Assembly: GCA_024654525.1 (NCBI GenBank)
Contig: JANLHI010000032.1
Location: 128,172 to 192,171, forward strand
Direction: 5' to 3'
DNA: 64,000 nt
Source: Patescibacteria group bacterium
GTDB lineage: Bacteria; Patescibacteriota; Minisyncoccia; UBA6257; 2-01-FULL-56-20
The notes beneath the pieces were generated by a model. The model saw only the letters and a list, made by a program, of their open reading frames with translations, did no database searches and was not told the DNA's origin. Below are positions 9,920-18,981 of this stretch, piece after piece. Positions within the stretch are counted from its first letter, which is position 1. The number at the start of each line of letters is the position of its first letter. The translations under genes and the position numbers were made by a program.

Positions 9920-9962
9920 GAGGTGATATTCACAAGCTCATTTTTTGTGATACTATCCGGTT

Positions 9963-10103
9963 ATGGCAAAAAAAGTGGAAAAAAAGAAAAATAAGGGGAA
10001 AAAAGAGGGAAGTATTGCTGACGTGAAAGAAAAAAAATCAGAGAAGCGCGAGAAGGAGCGCGAGAAGGTGATGGATCAACTTAAAGCGTTGGGGTATATT
10101 TAA
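9963..10103 (+). CDS. 46-aa Lys/Glu-rich peptide ending in LKALGYI (absent from the ORF track)
   Basis: MAKKVEKKKNKGKKEGSIADVKEKKSEKREKEREKVMDQLKALGYI*; preceded by TTCACA-16-TACTAT; stop 19 nt before the sulfatase-like gene. Confidence 0.75.
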   Translation: MAKKVEKKKNKGKKEGSIADVKEKKSEKREKEREKVMDQLKALGYI

Positions 10104-10122
10104 TTTTTAGTGCATCGGCTAT

Positions 10123-11502
10123 ATGGGGAAAAGTATGTATAATAAAAAACCTTCAGTGGTTTTTATTACTATTGATGCATTACGCATTGATGAGTTGGGG
10201 GTTTTCGGCTATCAGCGTCCTACGAGTCCTTTTCTCGACCAATTTACGGCGGAGGGAATTAATTTTAAGAATCATTTTTCCAACAGTTCGCAGTCGCCTC
10301 CCGGTTTCTTTTCGATGTTTGCGTCGCAGTATCCTTCGGCGCGGAATGATTGGACAACAACTGATGGAAACTTCGAATTTATAAGTGAAGTGTTTCAGAA
10401 GAATGGATATTATACTGCGGGATTCGCTACCGCGCCCTACATTTCTAATTTTTTTGGATATGATCGCGGATTCGATGAATTTTTTCAAATGGGGCCTGTT
10501 GAGGAAATCGATCCGGTAAAGCGCGCGGCACTTTCGGCATTGCCGAAGGGTTGGATTGCACCGCTCAAATCATTCATCAAGAATACAATAATCGGCAAGA
10601 TATTAAACCGCGTGCGGTACGCTTTCCTTCCTCAGCATGCCTATGCGGGTGCGGAGGCGGTAAATAAAAAGATTTTGGGTTTTCTCGAATCCTATCAAGG
10701 CACGAAACCTCTTTTTCTCTGGATTCATTACATGGATGTCCATAATCCATTTCTTCCCGCGCAAGAGGATATGAAAGCGGTAGGGGGAACGCTAAGTTGT
10801 TTTCGTATTGCGCGTCTTAACCGGAAACATCTCCAGCTTACGCGCTTCGATCCTTTCGAGGATGTGCTTCATATGACGCATCGTGAGCTTAGCGATTTGC
10901 GTATTTGCTATGATGCAAAACTTCGATATCTTGATAACAAGATTAAAGAACTTTTTGCAATGTTTGCGAATCATGGACTTGGCAAAGAGCATACAATTAC
11001 CGCAATCACCGCTGATCACGGAGAAGCATTCGGAGAACATTTCGGGATAGGACATACCGAACGACTTTATGATGAATTGCTCCATGTACCGTTTATTATT
11101 CGAGTACCGGAGTATCCGGCGAGGGATATAGTGTCGCTCACAAATGCGGTGGATATTCTTCCTACGCTTGCGGGGCTTGCGGGAGTGTCGTACCGCAAGA
11201 ATCGCGTTCGGGGAATGAATGTTTTAGACGAGACATTTGTAAATCGGGAATATGTAGTGAGTCATGTTGCGCCGAATGTAGGAGGTATGCTTGCGAATGT
11301 GGATTTTGCACGAAGCACTTTTGCGGTGCGCACAGACACGTGGAAATTCATAAAAGATTTCGGAAGAAAGAGAGAGGAGCTTTATAACCTTGCGGATGAT
11401 CCTCTGGAGTTAAAAAATATCGCTTCCGAAAATAACCCAATACGCGAGGAGTTAAGTCGAGTTCTTGATTCTCATATTGCCGAGTGTAACGCGATTCGAT
11501 AA
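10123..11502 (+). CDS. Sulfatase-like hydrolase/transferase (alkaline phosphatase superfamily, no canonical FGly motif)
   Basis: ITIDALR, SSQSPPGFFSMFASQYP, WIHYMDVHNP, TADHGE, LHVPFII, ELYNLADDPLE. Confidence 0.88.
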   Translation: MGKSMYNKKPSVVFITIDALRIDELGVFGYQRPTSPFLDQFTAEGINFKNHFSNSSQSPPGFFSMFASQYPSARNDWTTTDGNFEFISEVFQKNGYYTAGFATAPYISNFFGYDRGFDEFFQMGPVEEIDPVKRAALSALPKGWIAPLKSFIKNTIIGKILNRVRYAFLPQHAYAGAEAVNKKILGFLESYQGTKPLFLWIHYMDVHNPFLPAQEDMKAVGGTLSCFRIARLNRKHLQLTRFDPFEDVLHMTHRELSDLRICYDAKLRYLDNKIKELFAMFANHGLGKEHTITAITADHGEAFGEHFGIGHTERLYDELLHVPFIIRVPEYPARDIVSLTNAVDILPTLAGLAGVSYRKNRVRGMNVLDETFVNREYVVSHVAPNVGGMLANVDFARSTFAVRTDTWKFIKDFGRKREELYNLADDPLELKNIASENNPIREELSRVLDSHIAECNAIR

Positions 11503-11509
11503 TTTTTTT

Positions 11510-12418
11510 ATGAAAATTCTTGTAACCGGAGGTACGGGGTTTGTCGGCTCGAACATTGTTCGTGCGCTTCTCGCGGAAGGACACGAGGTGTTTATCACGG
11601 GAAGCGATGCCGAGCAAAAAATACCGGGGTTCAAAGGGAAGTATCTTCAACCGGGACTGTTGGGAATTGATTGGGATGAGATAGGGAACATCGATGCTGT
11701 TTTTCACGAAGCGGCGATTAATGATACGACACATGATGACACGCGAGAGATGATGCGCGCAAATCTTGAGTCCTCGCGGGCGCTTTTTGAGTACGCCGCT
11801 ATGCATGAATGTCGGCACATTGTGTATGCCTCATCAACTGCGGTATACGGCGATGTATTTCCGCCATTTCGCGAGGATAGTCCGACACACCCCCTAAACC
11901 CTTACGCGGAGTCGAAACTTGCACTTGATGTGTACGCGCAGGAGTTCGCGCGAATGCATCCAGAGATTATTGTGGTGGGATTGCGGTATTGCAACGTGTA
12001 TGGTCCCGGTGAGAGCCATAAAGGCAAGCGCGCAAGCATGATTTATCAGTTGGCGCAGCAGATGCAAAAGAGAGCCCCCGTTCTTTTTAAAGATGGCGAG
12101 CAGAAGCGCGACTATGTGTATATAAAAGATGTGATTACTGCAAATCTAAAAGCGCTTGCCACAACGAAGAGCTGTGTGGTGAATTGCGGTTCGGGCGCGG
12201 CGACCTCATTCAACGAACTGGTGCGGATATTGAATGGCGTGCTTGATATGAATCTTGTCCCGGAATACATTGAAAATCCCTACGAGCGCACTTATCAAAA
12301 GTATACTTTGTGCGATATGAGTCGTGCGAAAGAACTATTGGGATTTGTTCCTCAATACGATATCGAAGACGGAATACGCGATTATTACGCGAGCGGTTTG
12401 TGCGATTCCCGGCCATAA
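11510..12418 (+). CDS. NAD-dependent epimerase, ADP-L-glycero-D-manno-heptose 6-epimerase (HldD/RfaD)-like
   Basis: GGTGFVG, HEAAINDTT, YASSTAVYG, YAESK, LRYCNVYGPGESHKGKRASM. Confidence 0.8.
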   Translation: MKILVTGGTGFVGSNIVRALLAEGHEVFITGSDAEQKIPGFKGKYLQPGLLGIDWDEIGNIDAVFHEAAINDTTHDDTREMMRANLESSRALFEYAAMHECRHIVYASSTAVYGDVFPPFREDSPTHPLNPYAESKLALDVYAQEFARMHPEIIVVGLRYCNVYGPGESHKGKRASMIYQLAQQMQKRAPVLFKDGEQKRDYVYIKDVITANLKALATTKSCVVNCGSGAATSFNELVRILNGVLDMNLVPEYIENPYERTYQKYTLCDMSRAKELLGFVPQYDIEDGIRDYYASGLCDSRP

Positions 12419-12894
12419 TAATCAAGGATGCGGGTAATAATTTTTGAAGTGGATCTTCCTTGCGTGACGGGGCAGAGTACCACTTTTCCTCCTTGTGCGA
12501 TAACGAGATTGCGTTCGGTTATCTCTTCTATCCGGCGATCTCCTCCTTTTATGTGGATATCAGGCTTGAGAATTTCCAGCCATTTGAAAGGAGTGGTTTC
12601 GCGAAATATAAATACATAGTCCACTGTATGGAGTGCCGCAATCATTTCCGCTCTTTCCCGTGCAGGGACTATGGGGCGAAGTTTCCCTTTCAGCGCTCTT
12701 ACTGATGCGTCTGAATTTACTCCCACAATCAAAATATCTCCCTTTGATTTTGCGAATGAGAGATTGCGTATGTGACCGATATGGAGAATGTCAAAACATC
12801 CGTTTGTAGTAACCACTTTCTTTTTTTTGGCACGTGCGTTTTTTGCAATGCGCGTTATTTCAACAAGTGCCTTGATCTTTTTTTGAGTTCGCAT
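12385..12894 (-). CDS. Heptose 1-phosphate adenylyltransferase (RfaE domain II / HldC-like)
   Basis: TNGCFDILHIGH, GVNSDASVRALKG.RP, KGGD, GRSTS. Confidence 0.85.
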   Translation of the reverse strand: MRTQKKIKALVEITRIAKNARAKKKKVVTTNGCFDILHIGHIRNLSFAKSKGDILIVGVNSDASVRALKGKLRPIVPARERAEMIAALHTVDYVFIFRETTPFKWLEILKPDIHIKGGDRRIEEITERNLVIAQGGKVVLCPVTQGRSTSKIITRILDYYGRESHKPLA

Positions 12895-13004
12895 CTTCTA
12901 TATATAGCGCGCTATTTCGTTTCTTGCAAAAGTGCATACTCCGCCGTATCATCGAGAAGTTGATTTGATAACTTAACATTAACCTCAACCGAAAGGAGCG
13001 CGTT

Positions 13005-14843
13005 ATGCAGCTTCGAGAAAATGCGGCGACACCCCCGCGTGTCATCCTTGTGATGGAAAAGTGTGTCATCGAGCCCCTTGGGGTCGAGCATCTCGCCTCT
13101 CTTGCGGAAACGCTTGGCTGGCGGGCAGACGTGATTCTCTATGAGAACCGGGACGATGTTTTCGATTTCGAACCGCTCTATGCAGCGATTCGGAAGACAA
13201 AACCGTCTCTTGTAGGGTTTTCTATATGGACAGGATCGCATCTTCAATGCTTTGAGGCGGCGGACAGAATTCGGAAAGAGCTTGGCGTGAGAGTTGCCAT
13301 TGGCGGACCGCATGCGACTTACTTTCCGGAACAATGTGCGGCGCACGCCGATGTGGTGGCGAAGGGGAACGGCTTTCGGCTGTTCCGCCATATTCTTACC
13401 GGTGAAACACTCGAAGGAATCCGGGAAATCAGTCCCGGTATCATCTTCGATAGTTCGAAAAACGCGGAATTTCCGATTTCGTGCCGCGGGCGAGAAATTG
13501 TCTACGCACGATACCCGGAACTTGCGGGCGATCGGCCGGCGAAAATATACAGCATGATGGGAAGCACCGGCTGCGTGTTCCACTGTAGTTACTGCAATTC
13601 ACCGTTTCTCAACGAGCTTTATGGGGGATTCAAAAACGTGTTTATCACTCGTCCTATAGACGACTTGATTAACGAGGCGCAATGGATTCGAGACCATCAC
13701 GGCGCGGACACCATTTATTTCCAGGATGATATTTTCGGGTATCGTCTGGATTGGCTGAAGGAATTCAGTTCTCGGTGGAAAAGCGAAGTTGGAGTGCCTT
13801 GGCACTGTCAGATTCGTCTCGAGCTCACACAGGGGCACAATGGAGATGAACGCCTCCGGCTTTTTACCGAAGGAGGGTGCACGGGTATCACGCTTGCGAT
13901 CGAGTCGGGAAACGACTTCCTCCGCGAGTTCGTACTTTTTCGACCGATGGAATATAACCTCATTATTGAGGGATGCCGGAAGATTATGAGCTATGGTCTC
14001 ACTCTAAGAACGGAGCAGATTCTCCAGATTCCGTTTTCGAATCTCGAGACGGACTTGGGGACGCTTCGCCTGAACTGCGACATCGGTCCCACGATGGCAT
14101 GGAGTTCGATTCTCGTGCCATTCGGTGAAACCAACATGGGAAAAATCGCCAAGGCATTTGGGTTTTACCACGGAACAAACGACGACATCACGCCACGGTT
14201 TTACCGTGACGGCAGTAAGCTCCGGCATTCGGAGACCGCCCGCGAGTCCATTGAAGAGGTATCGCGGAGATTAAAACGGGAGCTGAAACTTGGGAGGTTT
14301 GAGAGCCCTCTCTTACAGATGAATGCAGTGCAGAATGGAGATCCATTCTCTGCGGACGTGTTGCACTCCGGTTCCAGAGTTTCCAAAATCCAGTACATGG
14401 ATGACACAGCGAATGCTCGCTACTGCGAGCAGGCGTTTCGTCTCCAGCGATTCTTCAACTGGTTCCCTCGGGTTCCCGAGGGACATCAGCTTGCGGCGAA
14501 ATGGACCGAGCTTCGGGAAACGGAAGCGTCTTTCGAAAAGCTTTGCGAGCTTACCGCGGAACATCTTGTTCAAAACGGACATAGCGATGCGCTACGCAGG
14601 TGGCGGCAGCGCTTTGTAAATTGCTTCGAGGGTGGTTTGCCTCCGCAACTCGAAAAAACATGGCTCTACTTCGCATTTTTCAGGTCGGGTCCCGAGTTCG
14701 CGAAGAGAGTGCTTGAGCAGGGTATTCTCGATCTTGGGCGAGGCACATGCCTCGACGCGCTTGGAAAAGTGGCACGGCATCGTATTTTCGATTGGGAACT
14801 CTACAAAGTTCACCAGTCGGAAGAGCCGATTGCTTTGAAGTAA
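13005..14843 (+). CDS. B12-binding-domain radical SAM protein with long C-terminal extension
   Basis: EPLGVEHLAS, GGPHATYFPE, CVFHCSYC, FQDDIF, AIESG; SD GAAAGGAG upstream. Confidence 0.88.
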   Translation: MQLRENAATPPRVILVMEKCVIEPLGVEHLASLAETLGWRADVILYENRDDVFDFEPLYAAIRKTKPSLVGFSIWTGSHLQCFEAADRIRKELGVRVAIGGPHATYFPEQCAAHADVVAKGNGFRLFRHILTGETLEGIREISPGIIFDSSKNAEFPISCRGREIVYARYPELAGDRPAKIYSMMGSTGCVFHCSYCNSPFLNELYGGFKNVFITRPIDDLINEAQWIRDHHGADTIYFQDDIFGYRLDWLKEFSSRWKSEVGVPWHCQIRLELTQGHNGDERLRLFTEGGCTGITLAIESGNDFLREFVLFRPMEYNLIIEGCRKIMSYGLTLRTEQILQIPFSNLETDLGTLRLNCDIGPTMAWSSILVPFGETNMGKIAKAFGFYHGTNDDITPRFYRDGSKLRHSETARESIEEVSRRLKRELKLGRFESPLLQMNAVQNGDPFSADVLHSGSRVSKIQYMDDTANARYCEQAFRLQRFFNWFPRVPEGHQLAAKWTELRETEASFEKLCELTAEHLVQNGHSDALRRWRQRFVNCFEGGLPPQLEKTWLYFAFFRSGPEFAKRVLEQGILDLGRGTCLDALGKVARHRIFDWELYKVHQSEEPIALK

Positions 14844-14851
14844 AAATCACG

Positions 14852-14890
14852 GATGCCTCGTTGCGAAAGCTACGAGGCATCTTTAGTTTT
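14852..14890 (+). terminator. Rho-independent terminator
   Basis: GATGCCTCGT...GAAA...ACGAGGCATC followed by TTTAGTTTT. Confidence 0.75.
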
Positions 14891-14976
14891 TATGGAAGTA
14901 TTTTCATACTTGACAGTAATACGGTGGTGCGTGTAGAACGTTATTAGTTCGCATTCACAACAAAAAATTACTGTTT

Positions 14977-15468
14977 ATGGAAAAAAATGTTTTCGAAGGA
15001 AAGATCTTCAGGGTCACTACCGAAAAAGTTTCAGATCGTCTTTGTCTTGAGCGGATATATCAACGACATGGTGTTACCGTTTTCCCATGTATTAATGGTC
15101 GGATCCGGTTTGTAAGAAGGGTAATCATTAATACGGGTACAGTAGAGGTGCGTCCCATGTCGGGCTACATTGAAGACGGAGAAGATCCTCTTACATGCGC
15201 AAAGCGGGAGCTTTGGGAAGAGCTTGGTCTTACTGCCGGCACATGGAAGCATTTTGCTTCAATTGAGGACGAGGGAGGCGTGTATCAGACACAGCATTTT
15301 TATGTTGCTCGTCGCATCAATCTTGCCATGGGAGATGTCTCAAGGGATCCGGATGAGTTAATTCACGGCACTCTCGACCTTACTAAGCGGCAAATCCGAA
15401 GGTGGACTCTAAAGGGAAAGCTTGGAACACGCAACGCGTTTGCGTTGCTTAAATTCGTTTTGGAATAA
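14977..15468 (+). CDS. NUDIX hydrolase (ADP-ribose pyrophosphatase-like)
   Basis: GYIEDGEDPLTCAKRELWEELG Nudix box. Confidence 0.85.
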   Translation: MEKNVFEGKIFRVTTEKVSDRLCLERIYQRHGVTVFPCINGRIRFVRRVIINTGTVEVRPMSGYIEDGEDPLTCAKRELWEELGLTAGTWKHFASIEDEGGVYQTQHFYVARRINLAMGDVSRDPDELIHGTLDLTKRQIRRWTLKGKLGTRNAFALLKFVLE

Positions 15469-15472
15469 TGCG

Positions 15473-15518
15473 ATGCGGGGCTTGGCGTCTTTCGATGTCA
15501 GACCCCGCATTTTATTTC
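15473..15518 (+). terminator. Rho-independent terminator
   Basis: ATGCGGGG...CCCCGCAT stem followed by TTTATTT. Confidence 0.7.
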
Positions 15519-15628
15519 GTCAACTCTTTTTAGAGGGGGCTTGGTTATATTGAAATCCCCACGATAGGACGCTATAGTTCCCATGCGTATATTTAAGTGG
15601 TTCCCTGTGGTAATTTTCATATTTTCAC

Positions 15629-17977
15629 ATGCTTCAATACACCGAGAGCAATGCAAAGTTTTTTTTGAAACGAAGCGTGAGTGCTATGCGTTCGATAGCG
15701 CTTGGTTTTTTTAGCGTTCCTGTTACAAAAGAAGGGTGGGAGGATAGGATGTTAATTTCAAATCTTGAGGGTTTGGGGGATCTTATAATGTTTACTTCCG
15801 TTCTCAAACATTATAAAAAGCGTTTTCCCACAAAAAAGATTTATCTTCTTGTAAAACAAGGATTTGGCGTTGAGAATTTTTTTCGAGAGTATTACGTTGA
15901 TGAAGTAATTGCGCTTAATTATAGGCGATTTTCCATTAATCCTTGGTATGGTTTTCAGGTGATAAGGCGTTTGCGTCGTATCGGGTTTCATACCGTAGTG
16001 AATCATGATTTTAGTGCGGCGGAGATTATGGGAAAGATAATCTCTGTTTCGCTCGGAGCGAAAGAAGTTATCGGGTACGAAGGACAGATTATAGAGTTCG
16101 AGAAGCCGTATGATATTCAACAGGAAAAGCATTTAAAAAAAATCCGGAAAAAGATTCTCCCTCGGTATACGCGCATAATTCCGCCTATTCCGCAGGATAT
16201 CGGGAAGTACGGCCGAATACCCAGTGAGATTGAATATTATATCGCAATCTACGAGGCAGTAACCGGGGTTTGTGAGTCCGATTATGCACCGATGCTTCCA
16301 CGACCGAGTGATGCCATGATAGAATCAGTAGTCAAAAAATTTGATATCCCGAATATTCCCTATGTTGTGTTTAATGTGAATTCAAGCGTGTCGTGTAAAA
16401 TATGGCCATTTCACAATTTTGCGGAGGTAGCCGGTTATCTTGATAAAAAAGGGTATGCAGTGGTGTTGGTGGGTTCAAAGAAAGAATTCTTGCGTACACA
16501 AAAATTTAATTCTTGCACAAATGTTTTTTGTATCAATACTTCGGGAAAGACTTCGTTTGAAGAGTTACTTGCGCTTATCGCGGGATGTGCTTTTGTGTTC
16601 GGAAATGACACCTCTACCATTCATTTTGCGGTGGCCTTACAACGTCCTTCTCTTTGTGTTGTCGGAGGAGGGCAATTTGGTGTTGCGGTGAATTATGGGT
16701 ATCGAGATATGAATGTGTGGGCGTATGAGAAAACTTATTGTTATTTTGATAACTGGCGGTGCAGTAGGGGAGTAGCACATAACGATCCCTCTCCGTGTGT
16801 GGTTGCGATATCCGTTTCGCAAGTTCTCCAAAAACTCAATGGGATACTTGCATATAATGGCCGTCATTCGTGTGTATTTTCAGCGAATTTTGAAAAAGAT
16901 GCATATCAATCAATTTCACATAAAAAGGAAAAAATAAAGATTATTTATTCCGGAATTCAAGCGGAGAATTACAATCCCGCCCGGAAGATGAGTTTCGAAT
17001 ACTCCAATTTTTATAACACCCTGAAGGATCTTCCGAATGTTGAGGTGATTGAGTATCCGTATGATCCGATTATTGAAATAGGAAAAAAGAGATTTAATGA
17101 AAAATTACTGGACCTTGTGCGCCGCGAAAAGCCGGATTTATTTTTTGCGTTTATGTTCACGGATGAGCTTGATGTAGAAATGCTTGATGAGATAAAGGGA
17201 ATTACCACAAGTGTTGCATGGTTTGCGGACGACCATTGGCGGTTGTGGAATTATTCGCATCGCTACGCGTGGCATTTCTCATGGGTGGTGACAACATGGT
17301 CAAAGGCACCCGAGATATATCGCCGCTACGGCATTACGAATGTAATTCGCTCGCAGTGGGCGTGTAATCCGCACGCATGGAAACCTGTTGACATTGAGCG
17401 AGATATAGATGTGGCGTTTGTGGGACAATGGAATCCTTCGCGGGCGCACATTGTAGAACAACTCCGGAAAGCGGGTATTAACGTGTGGACTCGCGGGTGG
17501 GGATGGCCCGAAGGGCGTCTTTCTCACGAGGAAATGGTAAAGAGCCTTTCGCGGGCGAAAATAAATTTAAACTTCAACGTGCCGCCGTCCCATTGGAACC
17601 CAAAAATGCTTGCGCGGCTCCTTTTGCGGCGTTCGGTGGGGAGAATAGTTCCGGATGTGTTGAACCTCAAGGGGAATATTGAGTCGTGGTTTCACATGCC
17701 AATTCCCCAAATTAAAGCCCGCCCGTTTGAGATTCTCGCGTGTCGCACGTTTCTTATTTCCGGATATGCGGACGATATGGAAAATTATTACGAAAATAAG
17801 AAAGAAATTGTGTATTACAATGGACAGTTGGATGATCTTATCGGGAAAATTCGCTATTACCTTGCACATGATGACGAGCGAGAGAATATTGCGCACGCGG
17901 CGTACGAGAGAACGTTGCGTGAACATACGTACGAGAAACGTTTCCGGGAGATTTTTAAAAAAATTGGCTTAACATAA
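15629..17977 (+). CDS. Fusion of GT9 (heptosyltransferase-like) and CgeB-like glycosyltransferase
   Basis: GLGDLI, KIWP, GNDTSTIHFAVAL (GT9); WFADDHW, DVAFVG, KINLNF, QIKARPFEI, EHTYEKR (CgeB). Confidence 0.85.
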   Translation: MLQYTESNAKFFLKRSVSAMRSIALGFFSVPVTKEGWEDRMLISNLEGLGDLIMFTSVLKHYKKRFPTKKIYLLVKQGFGVENFFREYYVDEVIALNYRRFSINPWYGFQVIRRLRRIGFHTVVNHDFSAAEIMGKIISVSLGAKEVIGYEGQIIEFEKPYDIQQEKHLKKIRKKILPRYTRIIPPIPQDIGKYGRIPSEIEYYIAIYEAVTGVCESDYAPMLPRPSDAMIESVVKKFDIPNIPYVVFNVNSSVSCKIWPFHNFAEVAGYLDKKGYAVVLVGSKKEFLRTQKFNSCTNVFCINTSGKTSFEELLALIAGCAFVFGNDTSTIHFAVALQRPSLCVVGGGQFGVAVNYGYRDMNVWAYEKTYCYFDNWRCSRGVAHNDPSPCVVAISVSQVLQKLNGILAYNGRHSCVFSANFEKDAYQSISHKKEKIKIIYSGIQAENYNPARKMSFEYSNFYNTLKDLPNVEVIEYPYDPIIEIGKKRFNEKLLDLVRREKPDLFFAFMFTDELDVEMLDEIKGITTSVAWFADDHWRLWNYSHRYAWHFSWVVTTWSKAPEIYRRYGITNVIRSQWACNPHAWKPVDIERDIDVAFVGQWNPSRAHIVEQLRKAGINVWTRGWGWPEGRLSHEEMVKSLSRAKINLNFNVPPSHWNPKMLARLLLRRSVGRIVPDVLNLKGNIESWFHMPIPQIKARPFEILACRTFLISGYADDMENYYENKKEIVYYNGQLDDLIGKIRYYLAHDDERENIAHAAYERTLREHTYEKRFREIFKKIGLT

Positions 17978-17985
17978 AGTATCTT

Positions 17986-18981
17986 ATGACCGAGAATCAA
18001 AAGCTTGTTTCAATTATTATTCCCGCATACAACGCCGCGGAATATGTAGAGGAGGCGGTGCGCTCGGCGCTCGCACAGACATATTCTCCATGCGAGGTGA
18101 TTGTGGTGGACGACGGTTCAACCGATAGCACTGCTGATATTGTTACTCCCTATGCGGAACGGGGAGAAGTTATTTTTATACCACAAACAAACAAAGGACT
18201 TGCCAGTGCGAGAAACACGGGTATCCGCAATGCGCACGGTGCGTACATTGCGCTTCTCGATAGTGACGATATGTTTTTGCCGGAGAAAATTACGCAACAG
18301 GTTGCCGCGCTTGAAGAACATCCCGAATACGGCGTGTGTTACTCCGACCTTCTTCACTTTGTTGATCCGCCTGCGGGCGCGCGAACAGGCAGTATGTTTC
18401 GAAAATTTTATCACCATCGTTACTCATACCCTTCGGGAGATATATTCGAGCCGTTGCTTCATCGGCAGTTTATCAATCCGCTTACGGTGATGGTGCGACG
18501 AGAGGTGATTGAGAAACATGGGATGTTTGATGAATCATTGCGCCGTTCGGAGGACTGGGATTTATGGCTTCGTTGGGCGTATGCGGGGGTGAAATTTTTA
18601 TATCTTAATAATCCATTGGCACACTACCGCATTGTTCAAAGTGGCAGTAATCTATCGTCTGTGAAGAGCGAACCCGAAATGAAGGAAAAGAACCTCGATA
18701 TTTTTGTGCGAATAGGGGAACGACTTTCCGAAGATGAAAGGCGTCGTTATCGGTTTAATACAATCCTCTCTGCGATTAAAAAGAAAGTGGTGTTTGCGTA
18801 TCTTATGACGGGTGATAAAAAAACTGCATTGCGTCGTGCAAAAGAATTAACACCCTCGTGGTGGTGGCTGGTGCGTTGTGCGCCGAGGCGTAGCACTGCG
18901 TTGTGCATGGGGATTTTCCGAAAATTCAAACATCGCACATTGCTGAAAAAATCCAAATCATCAATAATTACTAATCAATGA
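17986..18981 (+). CDS. Glycosyltransferase family 2
   Basis: SIIIPAYN, VDDGSTD, LDSDD, SEDWDLWLR. Confidence 0.92.
   Translation: MTENQKLVSIIIPAYNAAEYVEEAVRSALAQTYSPCEVIVVDDGSTDSTADIVTPYAERGEVIFIPQTNKGLASARNTGIRNAHGAYIALLDSDDMFLPEKITQQVAALEEHPEYGVCYSDLLHFVDPPAGARTGSMFRKFYHHRYSYPSGDIFEPLLHRQFINPLTVMVRREVIEKHGMFDESLRRSEDWDLWLRWAYAGVKFLYLNNPLAHYRIVQSGSNLSSVKSEPEMKEKNLDIFVRIGERLSEDERRRYRFNTILSAIKKKVVFAYLMTGDKKTALRRAKELTPSWWWLVRCAPRRSTALCMGIFRKFKHRTLLKKSKSSIITNQ

Noticed and set aside
12912-13583. 223-aa antisense ORF over the radical SAM gene (similarly 3124-3828 and 8645-9373)
   Set aside because: Each overlaps a well-supported gene on the other strand and has no motifs.
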